DNA of 64,000 bases from a virus. The position numbers and the translations under genes were made by a program. Positions 40,155 through 50,977 of this stretch are shown here, in pieces. The notes under the pieces were generated by a model, which did no database searches, was not told the DNA's origin, and saw only the letters and a program-made list of their open reading frames with translations. The stretch lies in the IMG/VR virus record IMGVR_UViG_3300013006_000024, positions 41,163-105,162 of that record, one strand, 5' to 3'. Numbering within the stretch: the stretch's first letter is position 1; every line of letters begins with the position of its first letter.

Positions 40155-42469
40155 GCCTATTTGATAAAATTAAACACTTCGACAATAATAAAAAAGATCC
40201 AAGTATAATTAATGATAGTCAAATTAGTTTTCTTGTCCTATATCTACTTGAAGCTATTAACAATAAAATAGAAGGCGATGTAGTCGAATTAGGATGCTAC
40301 GTAGGTGAGTCAAGCAAATACCTTCAAAAAACAATTGTTGAAACATGTACAGATAAAAAACTATATGTTTACGATTCTTTCGAGGGGCTACCTCCGCTAT
40401 CTAAATATGAAGAAAATACCGGGTGGACAGAAGGCGGGTTAACAACAACAGAAGACGTATTAAAAGAAAATTTTATTAACAACTCCTTACCTATACCTAC
40501 TATTACTAAAGGTTGGTTTAAAGATATCAGAGATGATCAGCTGCCTGAAAAAATATGCTTTGCTTTTTTAGATGGCGATTTTTATGACTCAATTTACGAT
40601 AGTTTAAATAAAGTATACGACAGAGTTTCAGAAGATGGATATATTTTTATTCACGACTACGATAGAGCAGATCTCCCGGGGGTAAAAGCCGCAGTGTTTG
40701 ATTTCTTTAATGAACGTGGATATAAATTTGATATTGTTAAATTATGCGATCAACTAGCCGTTATTCAAAAAAATGCATCTTTAGCTGAAGTTAATATACC
40801 TACATCGCCTTACACTATAGTAACAGGGTTGTGGGATATCGGTAGGGATAAGTTAAGCGAAGGGTGGTCGAGATCTTTTAATCATTACTTAAACAAATTA
40901 GAAGAACTTCTTAAAACAGACTTTAATTTAATTATTTTTGGTGAAAAAGAATTAGAAGAATTTGTCTTTAAGCATCGACAGCATTATAATACACAGTTTA
41001 TAGTTAGAAGTTTAGATTGGATTAAGAATATGCCTTTCTACAATAAAATTCAAGAAATTCGAACTAACCCGGATTGGTATAACCAAGCAGGTTGGTTAAA
41101 AGATTCAACGCAAGCAAAGCTTGAATTATATAACCCGTTGGTTATGTCTAAAGTATTTTTATTAAATGATGCTAGTATAATGGATAAGTTTAATTCTGAA
41201 TATCTATTTTGGCTTGATGCGGGTATTACTAATACCGTTCATCCCGGTTATTTTACTCATGATAAAGTATTAGATAAATTACCTGAATTGCTTGATGATA
41301 AATTTTTATTTGTTAGCTTTCCATACTCTGGTGGCGATGAGATTCATGGGTTTACCCGCACTAAAATGAATGAAATCGCTAACACAAAGAATGTTGAATA
41401 TGTCAATAGAGCAGGGTTCTTTGGCGGTCCGAAATCATCAATAACAAATATTAATAGTATATACTACTCATTATTAAGCGATACCCTACGGCAAGGTTAC
41501 ATGGGAACAGAAGAAAGTATATTTACATTAATGACATATTTGCATCCTCATATGTTTAAGCGGTTTACTATCGAAGACAACGGGCTTTTGGTGACGTTTT
41601 TTGAAAATTTAAAAAATATTAAAGTTGATGAATATAAAGAAAGTATTAAAGTCGAAGATAACTCCACCGGTACAGGTTTGTATGTTATTGGATTTAATTC
41701 GCCTAAACAATTTCAATTATTATGTGAAAGTTATTTAAAGCATCCAGGGTTCATAAGAGAGACTAAAAACTATTTATTGAATAATAGTACCGATTTATCT
41801 CTTAATAATGAGTATATTTCACTTTGTAAGAAATATAATTTTGAGCATATTAAAAAGAATAACATTGGTATATGCGGCGGTCGTCAATTTATTGCTGAGC
41901 ATTTTGAAGCTACTAATTTAAAACACTATTTCTTCTTAGAAGATGATATGACACTAGTAGAAAAACCTGGAACAGTTTGTCGTAACGGTTTGTCTCGCTA
42001 TACACCTAACTTTTTCTATAAAATACATAAAATTATGGAAAAAGAAAATTACGATTTTATAAAATTTTCATATACGGAATTTTTTGGTGACAACGGTACA
42101 CAGTGGGCATGGTATAACGTACCGCAAGTAGTTAGACAGAGATATTGGCCGCATTATTGTAAGCTACCTGAAATCGGAACTGATCCTAATGCACCAAGAA
42201 CACAGTATACCAGTGTTAAAACAATTGATGGGTTAAGTTATTTAGAAGGTGATACATATTATTGTAATTGGCCGCAACTTGTTAATAGAGAAGGTAATAG
42301 AAAAATGTTTTTAAATGTTAAATGGGCTCATCCATTTGAACAAACATGGATGTCACATATGTTTCAATTAACCAAAGATAATAAGTTACGAGGCTCTGTT
42401 CTCTTACTATCTCCCGTTGAGCATAATCGTTTTGATCACTATAATAGCAATTTACGTAAAGAAAGTTAA
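40151..42469 (+). CDS. three-domain fusion: TylF/MycF sugar O-methyltransferase, HtrL/YibB-like domain, GT-A domain
   Basis: GDVVELGC, YDSFEGLP, KGWF, FLDGDFYDS, HDY (TylF); TIVTGLWDIGR, MSKVFLL, FWLDAG, GTEE (HtrL); NIGICGGRQ, FLEDD (GT-A). Confidence 0.8.
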   Translation: MSLFDKIKHFDNNKKDPSIINDSQISFLVLYLLEAINNKIEGDVVELGCYVGESSKYLQKTIVETCTDKKLYVYDSFEGLPPLSKYEENTGWTEGGLTTTEDVLKENFINNSLPIPTITKGWFKDIRDDQLPEKICFAFLDGDFYDSIYDSLNKVYDRVSEDGYIFIHDYDRADLPGVKAAVFDFFNERGYKFDIVKLCDQLAVIQKNASLAEVNIPTSPYTIVTGLWDIGRDKLSEGWSRSFNHYLNKLEELLKTDFNLIIFGEKELEEFVFKHRQHYNTQFIVRSLDWIKNMPFYNKIQEIRTNPDWYNQAGWLKDSTQAKLELYNPLVMSKVFLLNDASIMDKFNSEYLFWLDAGITNTVHPGYFTHDKVLDKLPELLDDKFLFVSFPYSGGDEIHGFTRTKMNEIANTKNVEYVNRAGFFGGPKSSITNINSIYYSLLSDTLRQGYMGTEESIFTLMTYLHPHMFKRFTIEDNGLLVTFFENLKNIKVDEYKESIKVEDNSTGTGLYVIGFNSPKQFQLLCESYLKHPGFIRETKNYLLNNSTDLSLNNEYISLCKKYNFEHIKKNNIGICGGRQFIAEHFEATNLKHYFFLEDDMTLVEKPGTVCRNGLSRYTPNFFYKIHKIMEKENYDFIKFSYTEFFGDNGTQWAWYNVPQVVRQRYWPHYCKLPEIGTDPNAPRTQYTSVKTIDGLSYLEGDTYYCNWPQLVNREGNRKMFLNVKWAHPFEQTWMSHMFQLTKDNKLRGSVLLLSPVEHNRFDHYNSNLRKES

Positions 42470-42488
42470 TTTTTAAGTAAATAATAAT

Positions 42489-44354
42489 GTGAACTCTGTT
42501 TTATATGGCCTTTCAAGCACTCAAGTACTTCTAAGGCCCTATGTTTTAAATGGTTATCTATTTGAAGACCCAGCTTACGATAATATAGTTTTTACAAATA
42601 TCGCTACTGGCAGTACCTTTTCTGCTACTTCTGGAACCTTTGTTTACCCCGCTTCTTCTTATGGTGGAGCGTTTTTCCCGTGGGGGTACGCTATACAAAA
42701 TACATCATTAAGTGCAGACCTAGGCATATTTAAAGGTAATACTACACTTACTATTACACCGTCCGGGCTTAGTGAACAATATTACCCTATTGTTAAGATA
42801 GTATATGATTTTAATGATAACGACGTTATTACTATTAATAAAAAAATAATACAAAATGATTTCGTTAATATAGTAAGTCTTGATCCGAGCTCACCTAAAG
42901 ATATAAACGTTTCACACACCTATAAGTTAAACAGCTCTGGTATTAACACATATTTTCCTACAGTAACAGTTTTTAACGGTAATCTAGCTTTAAATGTATT
43001 TGAATTAAAATTAACATTATATCCTGCTACTATTTTTGATTTAGATGATTTGCATCTAATTAATTCAAGGCAATTAGATGTTATAGATAATAAATTTAAT
43101 AGCTTAGAAGTATTACAAGTAGAAACACTATCTTCGACTTATTTATCCCATTTTTGTCTAGTAAGCAGTTATCCGGATTTTAATTTAAATAGGGTTGTCT
43201 TTACACCGACACCTACTATTACACCTACAATCACACCTACACCAACGCCGACAGCATCTATTACACCTACTATAACACCAACACAATCTATTACACCCTC
43301 TGTAACGCCGGTTATAACAGTTACACCCACTATTACGCCAACCGTTACACCGACAGCTACAATTACACCTACTTTCACGCCAACTGAAACTGTTACACCT
43401 ACTATAACACCTACAAATACTATTACGCCTACTATAACACCTTCTAATTTTACACCTACACCAACACCTACTATTACACCAACAGAAACGCTAACAGAAA
43501 CACCCACCTTAACGCCTACAGAGACGCTCACACCGACGCCTACAGTTACCCCAACATTTACACCTACTGAAACAGTTACGCCTACGGTAACACCAACGGA
43601 GACAGCTATAGCTTCAACACCTACAATGACAGTAACAAAGACACCTAGACCTACCGTTACACCAACAAACACTGTTACCGTAACTAATTCTGTTACACCA
43701 ACAAATACACCAACAAATACACCAACAAATACACCTACATTAACTCCAACGGTAACACATACAGTAACAATCACACCTACTGAAACTGTTACACCAACTG
43801 TAACCCCGTTTATATACAATGACGAATATCTTATAAATAGTGGTTTTGAAGAACCTAATTTAGGAAGCGATCCAGGACCTCTATATGTTCTAAATCCTGT
43901 AGGTGTGGGAGTGAAATGGGATTTTAGTGGTCGCGCAGGTATTGCAGCTAACGGTAGTGTTTTAGGTGTCACCGGGGCTCAAAATCTAAATCAAAAAGAC
44001 GACACAACAAGTACTTTAGGTCAAGCAGCGTTCTTATCCGGTAATAATGCCTACTTATTATACCCTATATTGGCAGGTTATGTAGATCCTAAAAATCTTA
44101 AAATCGGTTTCCGGTCACAAACAAATAATCCCAGCAGCATGGTATTAAGTGTATCTGCAGTTGTCGACTCTGTTAATTTATATAGTTTAGGTATATTCAC
44201 ACCTACTACTACAAGTACTTGGATAGAACATTTATCACCCTCATATGTAACAATACCGTCAGGTGATAATGTAACGCTATATTTCGAATCTATAACGACT
44301 AATAGTAATGATATATCGTTTATCGATAGTGTGTACATAAGGACTTTATTATAA
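42489..44354 (+). CDS. modular virion protein: Ig/PKD-like N-domain, Thr-Pro stalk, carbohydrate-binding-like C-domain
   Basis: KIVYDFND...VSHTY; PT tract; NSGFEEP...WDFSG..GIAANGS...GQAAFL...FIDSV. Confidence 0.7.
   Translation: MNSVLYGLSSTQVLLRPYVLNGYLFEDPAYDNIVFTNIATGSTFSATSGTFVYPASSYGGAFFPWGYAIQNTSLSADLGIFKGNTTLTITPSGLSEQYYPIVKIVYDFNDNDVITINKKIIQNDFVNIVSLDPSSPKDINVSHTYKLNSSGINTYFPTVTVFNGNLALNVFELKLTLYPATIFDLDDLHLINSRQLDVIDNKFNSLEVLQVETLSSTYLSHFCLVSSYPDFNLNRVVFTPTPTITPTITPTPTPTASITPTITPTQSITPSVTPVITVTPTITPTVTPTATITPTFTPTETVTPTITPTNTITPTITPSNFTPTPTPTITPTETLTETPTLTPTETLTPTPTVTPTFTPTETVTPTVTPTETAIASTPTMTVTKTPRPTVTPTNTVTVTNSVTPTNTPTNTPTNTPTLTPTVTHTVTITPTETVTPTVTPFIYNDEYLINSGFEEPNLGSDPGPLYVLNPVGVGVKWDFSGRAGIAANGSVLGVTGAQNLNQKDDTTSTLGQAAFLSGNNAYLLYPILAGYVDPKNLKIGFRSQTNNPSSMVLSVSAVVDSVNLYSLGIFTPTTTSTWIEHLSPSYVTIPSGDNVTLYFESITTNSNDISFIDSVYIRTLL
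43203..43808 (+). repeat. Thr-Pro coding repeat (202 aa)
   Basis: [14 protein letters not shown] units. Confidence 0.95.
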
Positions 44355-44362
44355 ATAAATTT

Positions 44363-47300
44363 ATGGAAATCGCTGAAATAACCTCATCTAACTTTATATG
44401 TCTTACAGCAAGATATCCTTACGATGAAGAGTTTAAGTTTAAAGAAACTGTTATGTTCACCGAGCAGGATCTTAATATACCTCTTAATGACTCTTTAAAA
44501 GATATTAATGATCAAAAAATAAATAATTTTTCAAACTTAATTCTTACTAAGAATGATCTTTTAACAAGTAGTTTCTATGTCGATCCTTTGGAGTATTTAA
44601 ATGATTACGGGTTTTCTACATTTTTTGCTGCTAATGCGCCGGGCACAATAACACCATCTACTAAATTTTGGGTTGTAGAAGAACCCGGAGTCGGAGTTAA
44701 TCGTGCAGAACTAAATGTAAATGGTGAATATTCAAACATTAATAATCAATATTTCTTCGACGTTTCATTTTTATCAGAAAATTTTTGTAAGATATCACAT
44801 GAAAATAGTAATGTAAAAAGATATTTAACAGTTGATTATACAGGTAATCTTTCTTTTAGTAAAGACGCTGAGTTAGATAGTCTAGGAGAATATAGTCCTC
44901 AAATTTTTATGTATATCTACGATAGAGATTTTAAATTTATTGTATTATTTAAGAATATTAATGATATAGCTAATTATGTTACGTTCAACGCAAACAATAA
45001 TAATCTGACTTTAGCTGAACCTCTCACCGGTACTTCTATACCCTATTCTATAAGTTCAATTTTTAGAATTAATCCTAGAAGTAAATCGCCAAACAATACA
45101 AAATTTATAGACCCATGGATGAGCTACAAAAAAGATCTATTTACCAACTCACAAAATATATATCCTTTAAGAAGTTTTGAAAATATAGAATCTAATTTAT
45201 TGTTAAATAATGAATACTTTAATTTATCTAGTGCGTCTATCGATTTTAATATCTTATCTTTAAAAAATAGTAGTAATTCTGATAATTATCAAGGACGTGG
45301 TAATCCTTTTTTTGATGAAAAAAATGTTCAATTTAGAGATTATCAATCATTATTTACAGGATCTAATCAACAATATGGCGATGATAACATCTCACTAGGT
45401 TATGAAACATATACAACTAATATTTTACTAAAAAAAGATAGTGTAACGTATTTTCATATTCCTCAGAACTTTTATCCTTTTGAAAGATTAAATGTAAATG
45501 ATTCTTATTTAGCTGAATCAGGGGCTATAGCTGGAGATCACCCTTTAAAGTCAGATAAGATATTTAAAAAGAAAGGCGATTACAGCCGCACAACCCATTT
45601 TGGCGATACAATAGAAGAAACTACTGGTGAGTTTCTATGTGCATGGTTATCCGGTAGTACAGATACAAACGTAAGACCTATATGGGTAGATAGATATTAT
45701 AACCCTAAAAATATATCATTCTTAAGAGCATTAACCTCATCTGATTTTAAAGCGGTTAGGTATATATCTGTTTTCGATTGTTTAGTAAGCGAAGCAAATC
45801 AACTACTAGGTGACGTTGATGTGTTTGATAAGCCTTCAGATTTAATTTTTGAAAAAGGAGCTTATTACGCGTATCATCATTATGGGCCAAAAGATGTTGA
45901 AAACTTTATTAATATTTTTAGTAAGAATTTAGCTCAAAAAGATTTAATTAGTTATAAATTTTACAATGGGTCAGATGTACAAGAGGTCTTTACTGGTGAA
46001 TATAGCTTTAATGGTGTAAAATATGCATCTACAGGTTCTCTCTCTTCTATTAACGATACAAATCAGTTTACTTTAATTTTTGATGGTTATAGTACTGATT
46101 GGAATATACCATTAGGTAATCAAATTATTGGAAACTATAGTTCCGATGGGTTTGGAATTTTTAATCAACAATCAGTTACACCTTTCGTGTTTTATAATAC
46201 TCTTAGCTCGTTAAATATAACTAATACTGATTTAAATGTTTTAAGTAGGCTCGAGACAGATTCAAAAATAAGAGGTGTAATTAGAACACAGAGTCTTGAT
46301 GATTTTTATATACTTTTTGAAGACAACACTGTGCGCAGATACAATTTGTCATTTTCAGAGATTAGAAGAACATTAACTAATTTAAAAATAGGACAATCTA
46401 GAGACTTTACTAATACGGAAGATTACGCATATTTCTTCTTCAATAATAACCCGGGCGGTACACCTAATATGAAATTAGCTAGAGCAGATCTTAACTCCAA
46501 TGTAATTACTGATTTTACTGCTAATGCCGATTTTACTAATGTACCTATCGATACACTTATAACTTTTTGTAATACAGTTAATTTATATAATGGAGAGTTT
46601 TATTACACTGACGGTACAAAGTCAGAAATTATAGATAATAATATTTTTTATTTAGTGGGCAATAAAATTAAACTATGGAGCAATATTAATACTGTTTCAA
46701 CGCTCATTACAGCGTTTTCTGCTTCTACGAGCATAGAAGATTTTACTATAGACTACGATAATAATATTTGGATATTATTTGATAGAAATAAATATGCAAA
46801 ATATAATAGATATAGAGAATTTCTGCTGTCAGGGTATTTTTCTGAAACTAATTTTGCTAATTATAAGATCGATTCTTTAGCAGAATTTAAACAAGGTCAG
46901 TATATTAAAGAAATGATTGTAATGCGACAATCAACTTCAAGCAGCAATACTATTAATTTTACGAAAATAGGTATTGATGGGGCAACTGCATTAAGTACAC
47001 AATCTACCTATTTAACCGCCGGCTTTAACAATCTCACAAATGGCGAATTTTTAAGAGTTAATAACCAAGCTAATTATTCACCCGGTAATTTTAGCGCTAA
47101 AGTAAGACTTTATAATATGTATAATATTAATAGCAGTACTACTGTAGAAGTAAAATTTAATCTTTCTGCGGTTGACCCTGGGTATCATAACTTTGCTATA
47201 AGATTTGACGCATATGAAGGATTCATGCATTTCTTTGTCGACGGGCAGCTGCAAGATGTAGCAGAGTTTGATCCTAGAAAATACATATTTAGTAATATAA

Positions 47301-47710
47301 TTAACAGACCATTTTTAGTAGGAACATCAACTTATTTAAATTCTATACCGTTATTTAATTTTCTTCAAAATACAAATTATCTAGCAACTAACTTAAAAAT
47401 TAAGAATTTTTATCTATACGATAAGCCTCTATATGACTACGATATTATTATGCATACAAGAAAAAATATGTTTATTCGCGATATCAATCTTAACGTTGCA
47501 TGCGGAAGACGTAATTACGTAGAAGAGGTTGAAAGATATTTCAAGCTAAGATCGCCCGGTTCCAAATCTACATTATTTAATTTAATTATAAGAAACAGCG
47601 GTATTCGAGATGAAGATTTAAAGTACGCGTTAGAGCAGCGTATATTAAGTATATTAAGAAATACTGCGCCGGTATATACGCAAATTAAAAATATTAAATG
47701 GGCAAATTAA
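44363..47710 (+). CDS. large virion structural protein with split LamG/concanavalin-like domain
   Basis: FNGVKY...QFTL..GNQIIGN and GYHNFAIRFD...FFVDGQ...FLVG...IKNFYLYDKPL. Confidence 0.65.
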   Translation: MEIAEITSSNFICLTARYPYDEEFKFKETVMFTEQDLNIPLNDSLKDINDQKINNFSNLILTKNDLLTSSFYVDPLEYLNDYGFSTFFAANAPGTITPSTKFWVVEEPGVGVNRAELNVNGEYSNINNQYFFDVSFLSENFCKISHENSNVKRYLTVDYTGNLSFSKDAELDSLGEYSPQIFMYIYDRDFKFIVLFKNINDIANYVTFNANNNNLTLAEPLTGTSIPYSISSIFRINPRSKSPNNTKFIDPWMSYKKDLFTNSQNIYPLRSFENIESNLLLNNEYFNLSSASIDFNILSLKNSSNSDNYQGRGNPFFDEKNVQFRDYQSLFTGSNQQYGDDNISLGYETYTTNILLKKDSVTYFHIPQNFYPFERLNVNDSYLAESGAIAGDHPLKSDKIFKKKGDYSRTTHFGDTIEETTGEFLCAWLSGSTDTNVRPIWVDRYYNPKNISFLRALTSSDFKAVRYISVFDCLVSEANQLLGDVDVFDKPSDLIFEKGAYYAYHHYGPKDVENFINIFSKNLAQKDLISYKFYNGSDVQEVFTGEYSFNGVKYASTGSLSSINDTNQFTLIFDGYSTDWNIPLGNQIIGNYSSDGFGIFNQQSVTPFVFYNTLSSLNITNTDLNVLSRLETDSKIRGVIRTQSLDDFYILFEDNTVRRYNLSFSEIRRTLTNLKIGQSRDFTNTEDYAYFFFNNNPGGTPNMKLARADLNSNVITDFTANADFTNVPIDTLITFCNTVNLYNGEFYYTDGTKSEIIDNNIFYLVGNKIKLWSNINTVSTLITAFSASTSIEDFTIDYDNNIWILFDRNKYAKYNRYREFLLSGYFSETNFANYKIDSLAEFKQGQYIKEMIVMRQSTSSSNTINFTKIGIDGATALSTQSTYLTAGFNNLTNGEFLRVNNQANYSPGNFSAKVRLYNMYNINSSTTVEVKFNLSAVDPGYHNFAIRFDAYEGFMHFFVDGQLQDVAEFDPRKYIFSNIINRPFLVGTSTYLNSIPLFNFLQNTNYLATNLKIKNFYLYDKPLYDYDIIMHTRKNMFIRDINLNVACGRRNYVEEVERYFKLRSPGSKSTLFNLIIRNSGIRDEDLKYALEQRILSILRNTAPVYTQIKNIKWAN

Positions 47711-49302
47711 TGAATACTCTATCAAACAATTTACAGCTTGTAAGATATCTTACTTATAATTTAGAGCTTCCTTATAGTTTTAATAACATAGCGTTTCAAG
47801 CTAATGACACCGTTTCAAGTGATTTAATTAATTTAAAATTAAGTCATTTATATGATAATTTTATATATCTCTATCAAGCATCATTAATATCTTCTAACGT
47901 AATACCAGTTTCAAGCACGGGGGTAGCAGGAATAACTGCAAATTCTACCGATTTTAAATGGCATAAAAATGCCTATACCAGTACATTTATACCGTTATCC
48001 TCTAATAATAGATTTATAGGATTAGATAAGACAGATTTGTTGTTCTTAATAAAAAATGAAGATATAGATCAATATTCCATTTTAATGAGCTGTATATCGT
48101 CAATAGCAGTTTTTAATTTTGATGAAAGCGCATCGTACTTTACGCGTAACTTTGCTCTTAATGAAGTCGATCCCGGGCTAGGTACTTACTATCAGTGTAT
48201 AACAGCATTTGAATCTATAGATCAGAATTTATTTGTATTAGACAGTTCTCTTAACAAAATTGTAAAGTACGATGCATCTGGTTTATATACAAATGACATA
48301 ATTACAAGAAATTCACTTAGATATTTAAATTCAATAGGTAATTTTGGACCTTCAACCTCTAAATTAGAATTCAATTCACCTACAGGTCTAACTTCATATG
48401 ATAAAAATCTTTATGTATTAGATTCAGGAAATAAATGTGTTAAAATGTACGATTCAAATTTAAATTGGCTTGGAACTTATAGGCTATCTATTGATTTAGC
48501 AGACCTTAGACCGGTAGATATAGCAGCAGATAATCTTGGTAATATTTTTGTACTTACTGATAAAAATTTTATAAAATATGATAATACTTTTCAATCCAAA
48601 CAGATATTTGATACAGCATCAACATATCCAGGCGAAATATTTAAAAAGATAGTATTTTCGAAATACAATAAAGATATTTTTTATTTAATTTCTAACTTAA
48701 ATGTATATAAAAAGTTTGCTAGCACTCCATCTGATTTAATAGGTAAATATTTACTGTATTTATTTAACTATAATTTACCTAATGATATAATTACAGGATT
48801 TAGTTCTGTAGCTACAGATACTGGTGATAGAAATGTTATTTTTACTTTAAACGGTAATACAGGTAAGCTAGGCAACTTTTTTGACAACTTAAATTTATAT
48901 GATATCTTGAGAATTAGACATTTTGATATATATAATCTTGACCAAATTAAACTTAATAGTGAAGAGTACTTTCAAAATTGGGTTTTTAATAAAGCAATAT
49001 CAAAACTCTTAATTAATCATATGCGTTTTAGAGATCAAATTATTGGTAAATTTATAGGATCGCAAGACGGTCAAGGTAATATTGTTTTTGAAGGGACAAG
49101 ATATCTTTTGCCTGACGAATTAGATTCTATTATCTTTCAGCAAGATCTAGCTTTTTATATAGGCGCAAACGAGCTTACAACTACAAGTGTATTTAATAGA
49201 ATTATAAAAAAGATTTACGATGTTCAAGTCGCATTAAGAAGTATCTTAGAAGCTGAGGTTACCAATAATCCCGGTACATCAAATACAGTATATATAAGCT
49301 AA
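47710..49302 (+). CDS. NHL-repeat beta-propeller virion protein (start probably ATG 47710)
   Basis: FNSPTGL...[29 protein letters not shown]; TAATG overlap with the upstream gene. Confidence 0.75.
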   Translation: MNTLSNNLQLVRYLTYNLELPYSFNNIAFQANDTVSSDLINLKLSHLYDNFIYLYQASLISSNVIPVSSTGVAGITANSTDFKWHKNAYTSTFIPLSSNNRFIGLDKTDLLFLIKNEDIDQYSILMSCISSIAVFNFDESASYFTRNFALNEVDPGLGTYYQCITAFESIDQNLFVLDSSLNKIVKYDASGLYTNDIITRNSLRYLNSIGNFGPSTSKLEFNSPTGLTSYDKNLYVLDSGNKCVKMYDSNLNWLGTYRLSIDLADLRPVDIAADNLGNIFVLTDKNFIKYDNTFQSKQIFDTASTYPGEIFKKIVFSKYNKDIFYLISNLNVYKKFASTPSDLIGKYLLYLFNYNLPNDIITGFSSVATDTGDRNVIFTLNGNTGKLGNFFDNLNLYDILRIRHFDIYNLDQIKLNSEEYFQNWVFNKAISKLLINHMRFRDQIIGKFIGSQDGQGNIVFEGTRYLLPDELDSIIFQQDLAFYIGANELTTTSVFNRIIKKIYDVQVALRSILEAEVTNNPGTSNTVYIS

Positions 49303-50123
49303 TGAAATACATTTTTAATATAAGGCAAGGGCAAGGCGTGAGTAAAATAGTACCTATATTACCCACACCTACTGGCTCGGTGACACCTACCCCTACTGTT
49401 ACACCTACAATAACACCTTCAGGATTTCCTACACCTACACCCACTATTACATCAACTGTAACTAGAACACCCACTATTACACCTACTATCACACGCACAC
49501 CTACTATTACACCTACTATCACACGCACACCTACTATTACACCTACAGTAACAAAAACACCTACTCCTACACCTACCGTCAGCCCATTAATATTATTCCG
49601 TCAGCCGTTTAGGTATTTATTATTCGGATTTGAGTATGACGGAAATGATTTTGATCCTAATGTCTCTGTATATAATATTCCTGGTTATGCTAATAATTAT
49701 GTTACTGTTGGAGGCTGTCCGATTGGCTCGCCAAGTACGGTGGTAGGTTCACTTTCATATGGCGGCGACTTTAAATCGTCTTCCGGTATAGAGCAAGTGC
49801 TTGTTGATCTACAGACGTTGAGCGCTATTAATCCGCTTGCAACCTCTATTAATATTGGTATATCTGGAAACTGGTTTATGAACCCAGCTAACCCAATTCA
49901 ACCGTTCTGGACATTTAAACTATCTATGAGCGCAGTTACTGGCGGTACATTTACGTTAGATGATATTAATAATACGTTTATCTTAAACGGTGGTATTATA
50001 AATGAGATTAAAGAATTTGTACGTGATCCGTTTACTATAGCTAAGGGCAACACATGCCCGTCTTACGCGACTATTTCTGAGCTAGTTTACTATACTTACA
50101 ATGGCGACGTTCAGGTAACTTAG
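49302..50123 (+). CDS. Thr-Pro stalk protein with C-terminal beta-domain
   Basis: About 20-aa leader, 75-aa PT tract (49362-49586), then a globular domain; TAATG coupling. Confidence 0.75.
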   Translation: MKYIFNIRQGQGVSKIVPILPTPTGSVTPTPTVTPTITPSGFPTPTPTITSTVTRTPTITPTITRTPTITPTITRTPTITPTVTKTPTPTPTVSPLILFRQPFRYLLFGFEYDGNDFDPNVSVYNIPGYANNYVTVGGCPIGSPSTVVGSLSYGGDFKSSSGIEQVLVDLQTLSAINPLATSINIGISGNWFMNPANPIQPFWTFKLSMSAVTGGTFTLDDINNTFILNGGIINEIKEFVRDPFTIAKGNTCPSYATISELVYYTYNGDVQVT

Positions 50124-50139
50124 TAATTTATATAAATTG

Positions 50140-50220
50140 TGGGTAAAGTGGATTCGAACCACTGAAGGCGGAAGCCAGAAGATTTACAGTTTCCCCGTTT
50201 GGCCACTTCGGTATCTACCC
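50140..50220 (-). tRNA. tRNA-Tyr(GUA), anticodon stem one base short
   Basis: GGGTAGA/TTTACCC acceptor with A73, loop CTGTAAA, variable arm, GGTTCGAATCC; 5' anticodon strand GAAA faces TCTTC. Confidence 0.85.
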
Positions 50221-50235
50221 ATACATTATATATTT

Positions 50236-50309
50236 CGCACTCACCAGGAATCGAACCTGGAACCGACGGTTTAGAAAACCGTTGCTCTATCCGGTTGAGC
50301 TATGAGTGC
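50236..50309 (-). tRNA. tRNA-Arg(UCU)
   Basis: GCACTCA/TGAGTGC acceptor; ACGGT-TTTCTAA-ACCGT anticodon arm; T arm CCAGG-TTCGATT-CCTGG. Confidence 0.92.
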
Positions 50310-50315
50310 AATAAA

Positions 50316-50409
50316 TGGTACCTCCGGCGGGATTCGAACCCGCATTTTGCCCAAATCTAGAGCGACTACTTTATAAGAGTAGGGTCTTAACCAGTTAGAC
50401 GACGGAGGC
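50316..50409 (-). tRNA. tRNA with UAU anticodon (Ile by anticodon) and long variable arm, CCA encoded
   Basis: GCCTCCG/CGGAGGT-A-CCA; CTACT-CTTATAA-AGTAG; 22-nt variable region; GCGGG-TTCGAAT-CCCGC. Confidence 0.88.
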
Positions 50410-50441
50410 ATAAACCTCCTATCGTATTCGAATAACCCAAT

Positions 50442-50567
50442 TCATGGACATCCTGCCACGTAAGGGCGATTAGGGTTGCTATAACAATCTGCCTTAGAGC
50501 TGCGTACTCTGCTAGCCACAATGGAAATAAGAATAATGACTGTCCAGATAATAAGAGTAGGTCTCAT
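50442..50567 (-). CDS. 41-aa signal-anchor peptide with two Cys (not in ORF track)
   Basis: MRPTLIIWTVIILISIVASRVRSSKADCYSNPNRPYVAGCP*; ATG overlaps the TGA of the upstream gene (ATGA). Confidence 0.6.
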   Translation of the reverse strand: MRPTLIIWTVIILISIVASRVRSSKADCYSNPNRPYVAGCP

Positions 50568-50863
50568 TTATTTGCCTCATTGATATCATCATCTAGCAGC
50601 CCCATGATATCCATGCCATGTTTATCATTAAAATAAGAGCGAACTTGAGCTACTACAGTATCATAGTCTTTTTTATTCCTCTTATACCGGAGCTCAAGTT
50701 CAAGAAATTTCTTGGTAAGCTTATCATATGCTTCAGGATTAAATTCTCGGTCATCTAAAGATTTCATTGCTCTAGCTATTTTTTCAGATTCTCTAACAAT
50801 CCATTCATAGCTAGAGTTATGAAACTCAATCTGCTCTAAAAGATAATCAACGTCCATATTCAT
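50564..50863 (-). CDS. hypothetical coiled-coil protein
   Basis: 99 aa, charged and helical. Confidence 0.7.
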   Translation of the reverse strand: MNMDVDYLLEQIEFHNSSYEWIVRESEKIARAMKSLDDREFNPEAYDKLTKKFLELELRYKRNKKDYDTVVAQVRSYFNDKHGMDIMGLLDDDINEANK

Positions 50864-50896
50864 AGTATACGGGAATTTTTAAATAGTGCAAGTACT

Positions 50897-50969
50897 TCGC
50901 CTAGGTCAGACTCGAACTGACACTTGAACGATTTTAAGTCGTTTTTCTCTGCCATTGGAATACTAGGCG
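50897..50969 (-). tRNA. tRNA-Leu(UAA) with short variable loop
   Basis: CGCCTAG/CTAGGCG with A73; AACGA-CTTAAAA-TCGTT; 5-nt variable loop CAAGT; GTCAG-TTCGAGT-CTGAC. Confidence 0.88.
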
Positions 50970-50977
50970 AATAGATA

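Noticed and set aside
50236-50309. Reading the loop TTTCTAA as a CUA amber suppressor, or a recoded genome
   Set aside because: The perfect 5-bp stem centres TCT, and long conserved genes are uninterrupted in the standard code with TAG and TGA used as real stops.
50271-50420. AGGAGG-TTT-ATG opening a 46-codon frame through tRNA-Ile and tRNA-Arg on the minus strand
   Set aside because: SD spacing is too short, no other gene uses SD, and the sequence is explained by tRNA structure. The GGAGG could still pair with the tRNA 5' end in the precursor.
50410-50565. Structured ncRNA (6S-like) between the tRNAs
   Set aside because: Pairing is weak; an ATGA-coupled 41-aa ORF explains the interval better.
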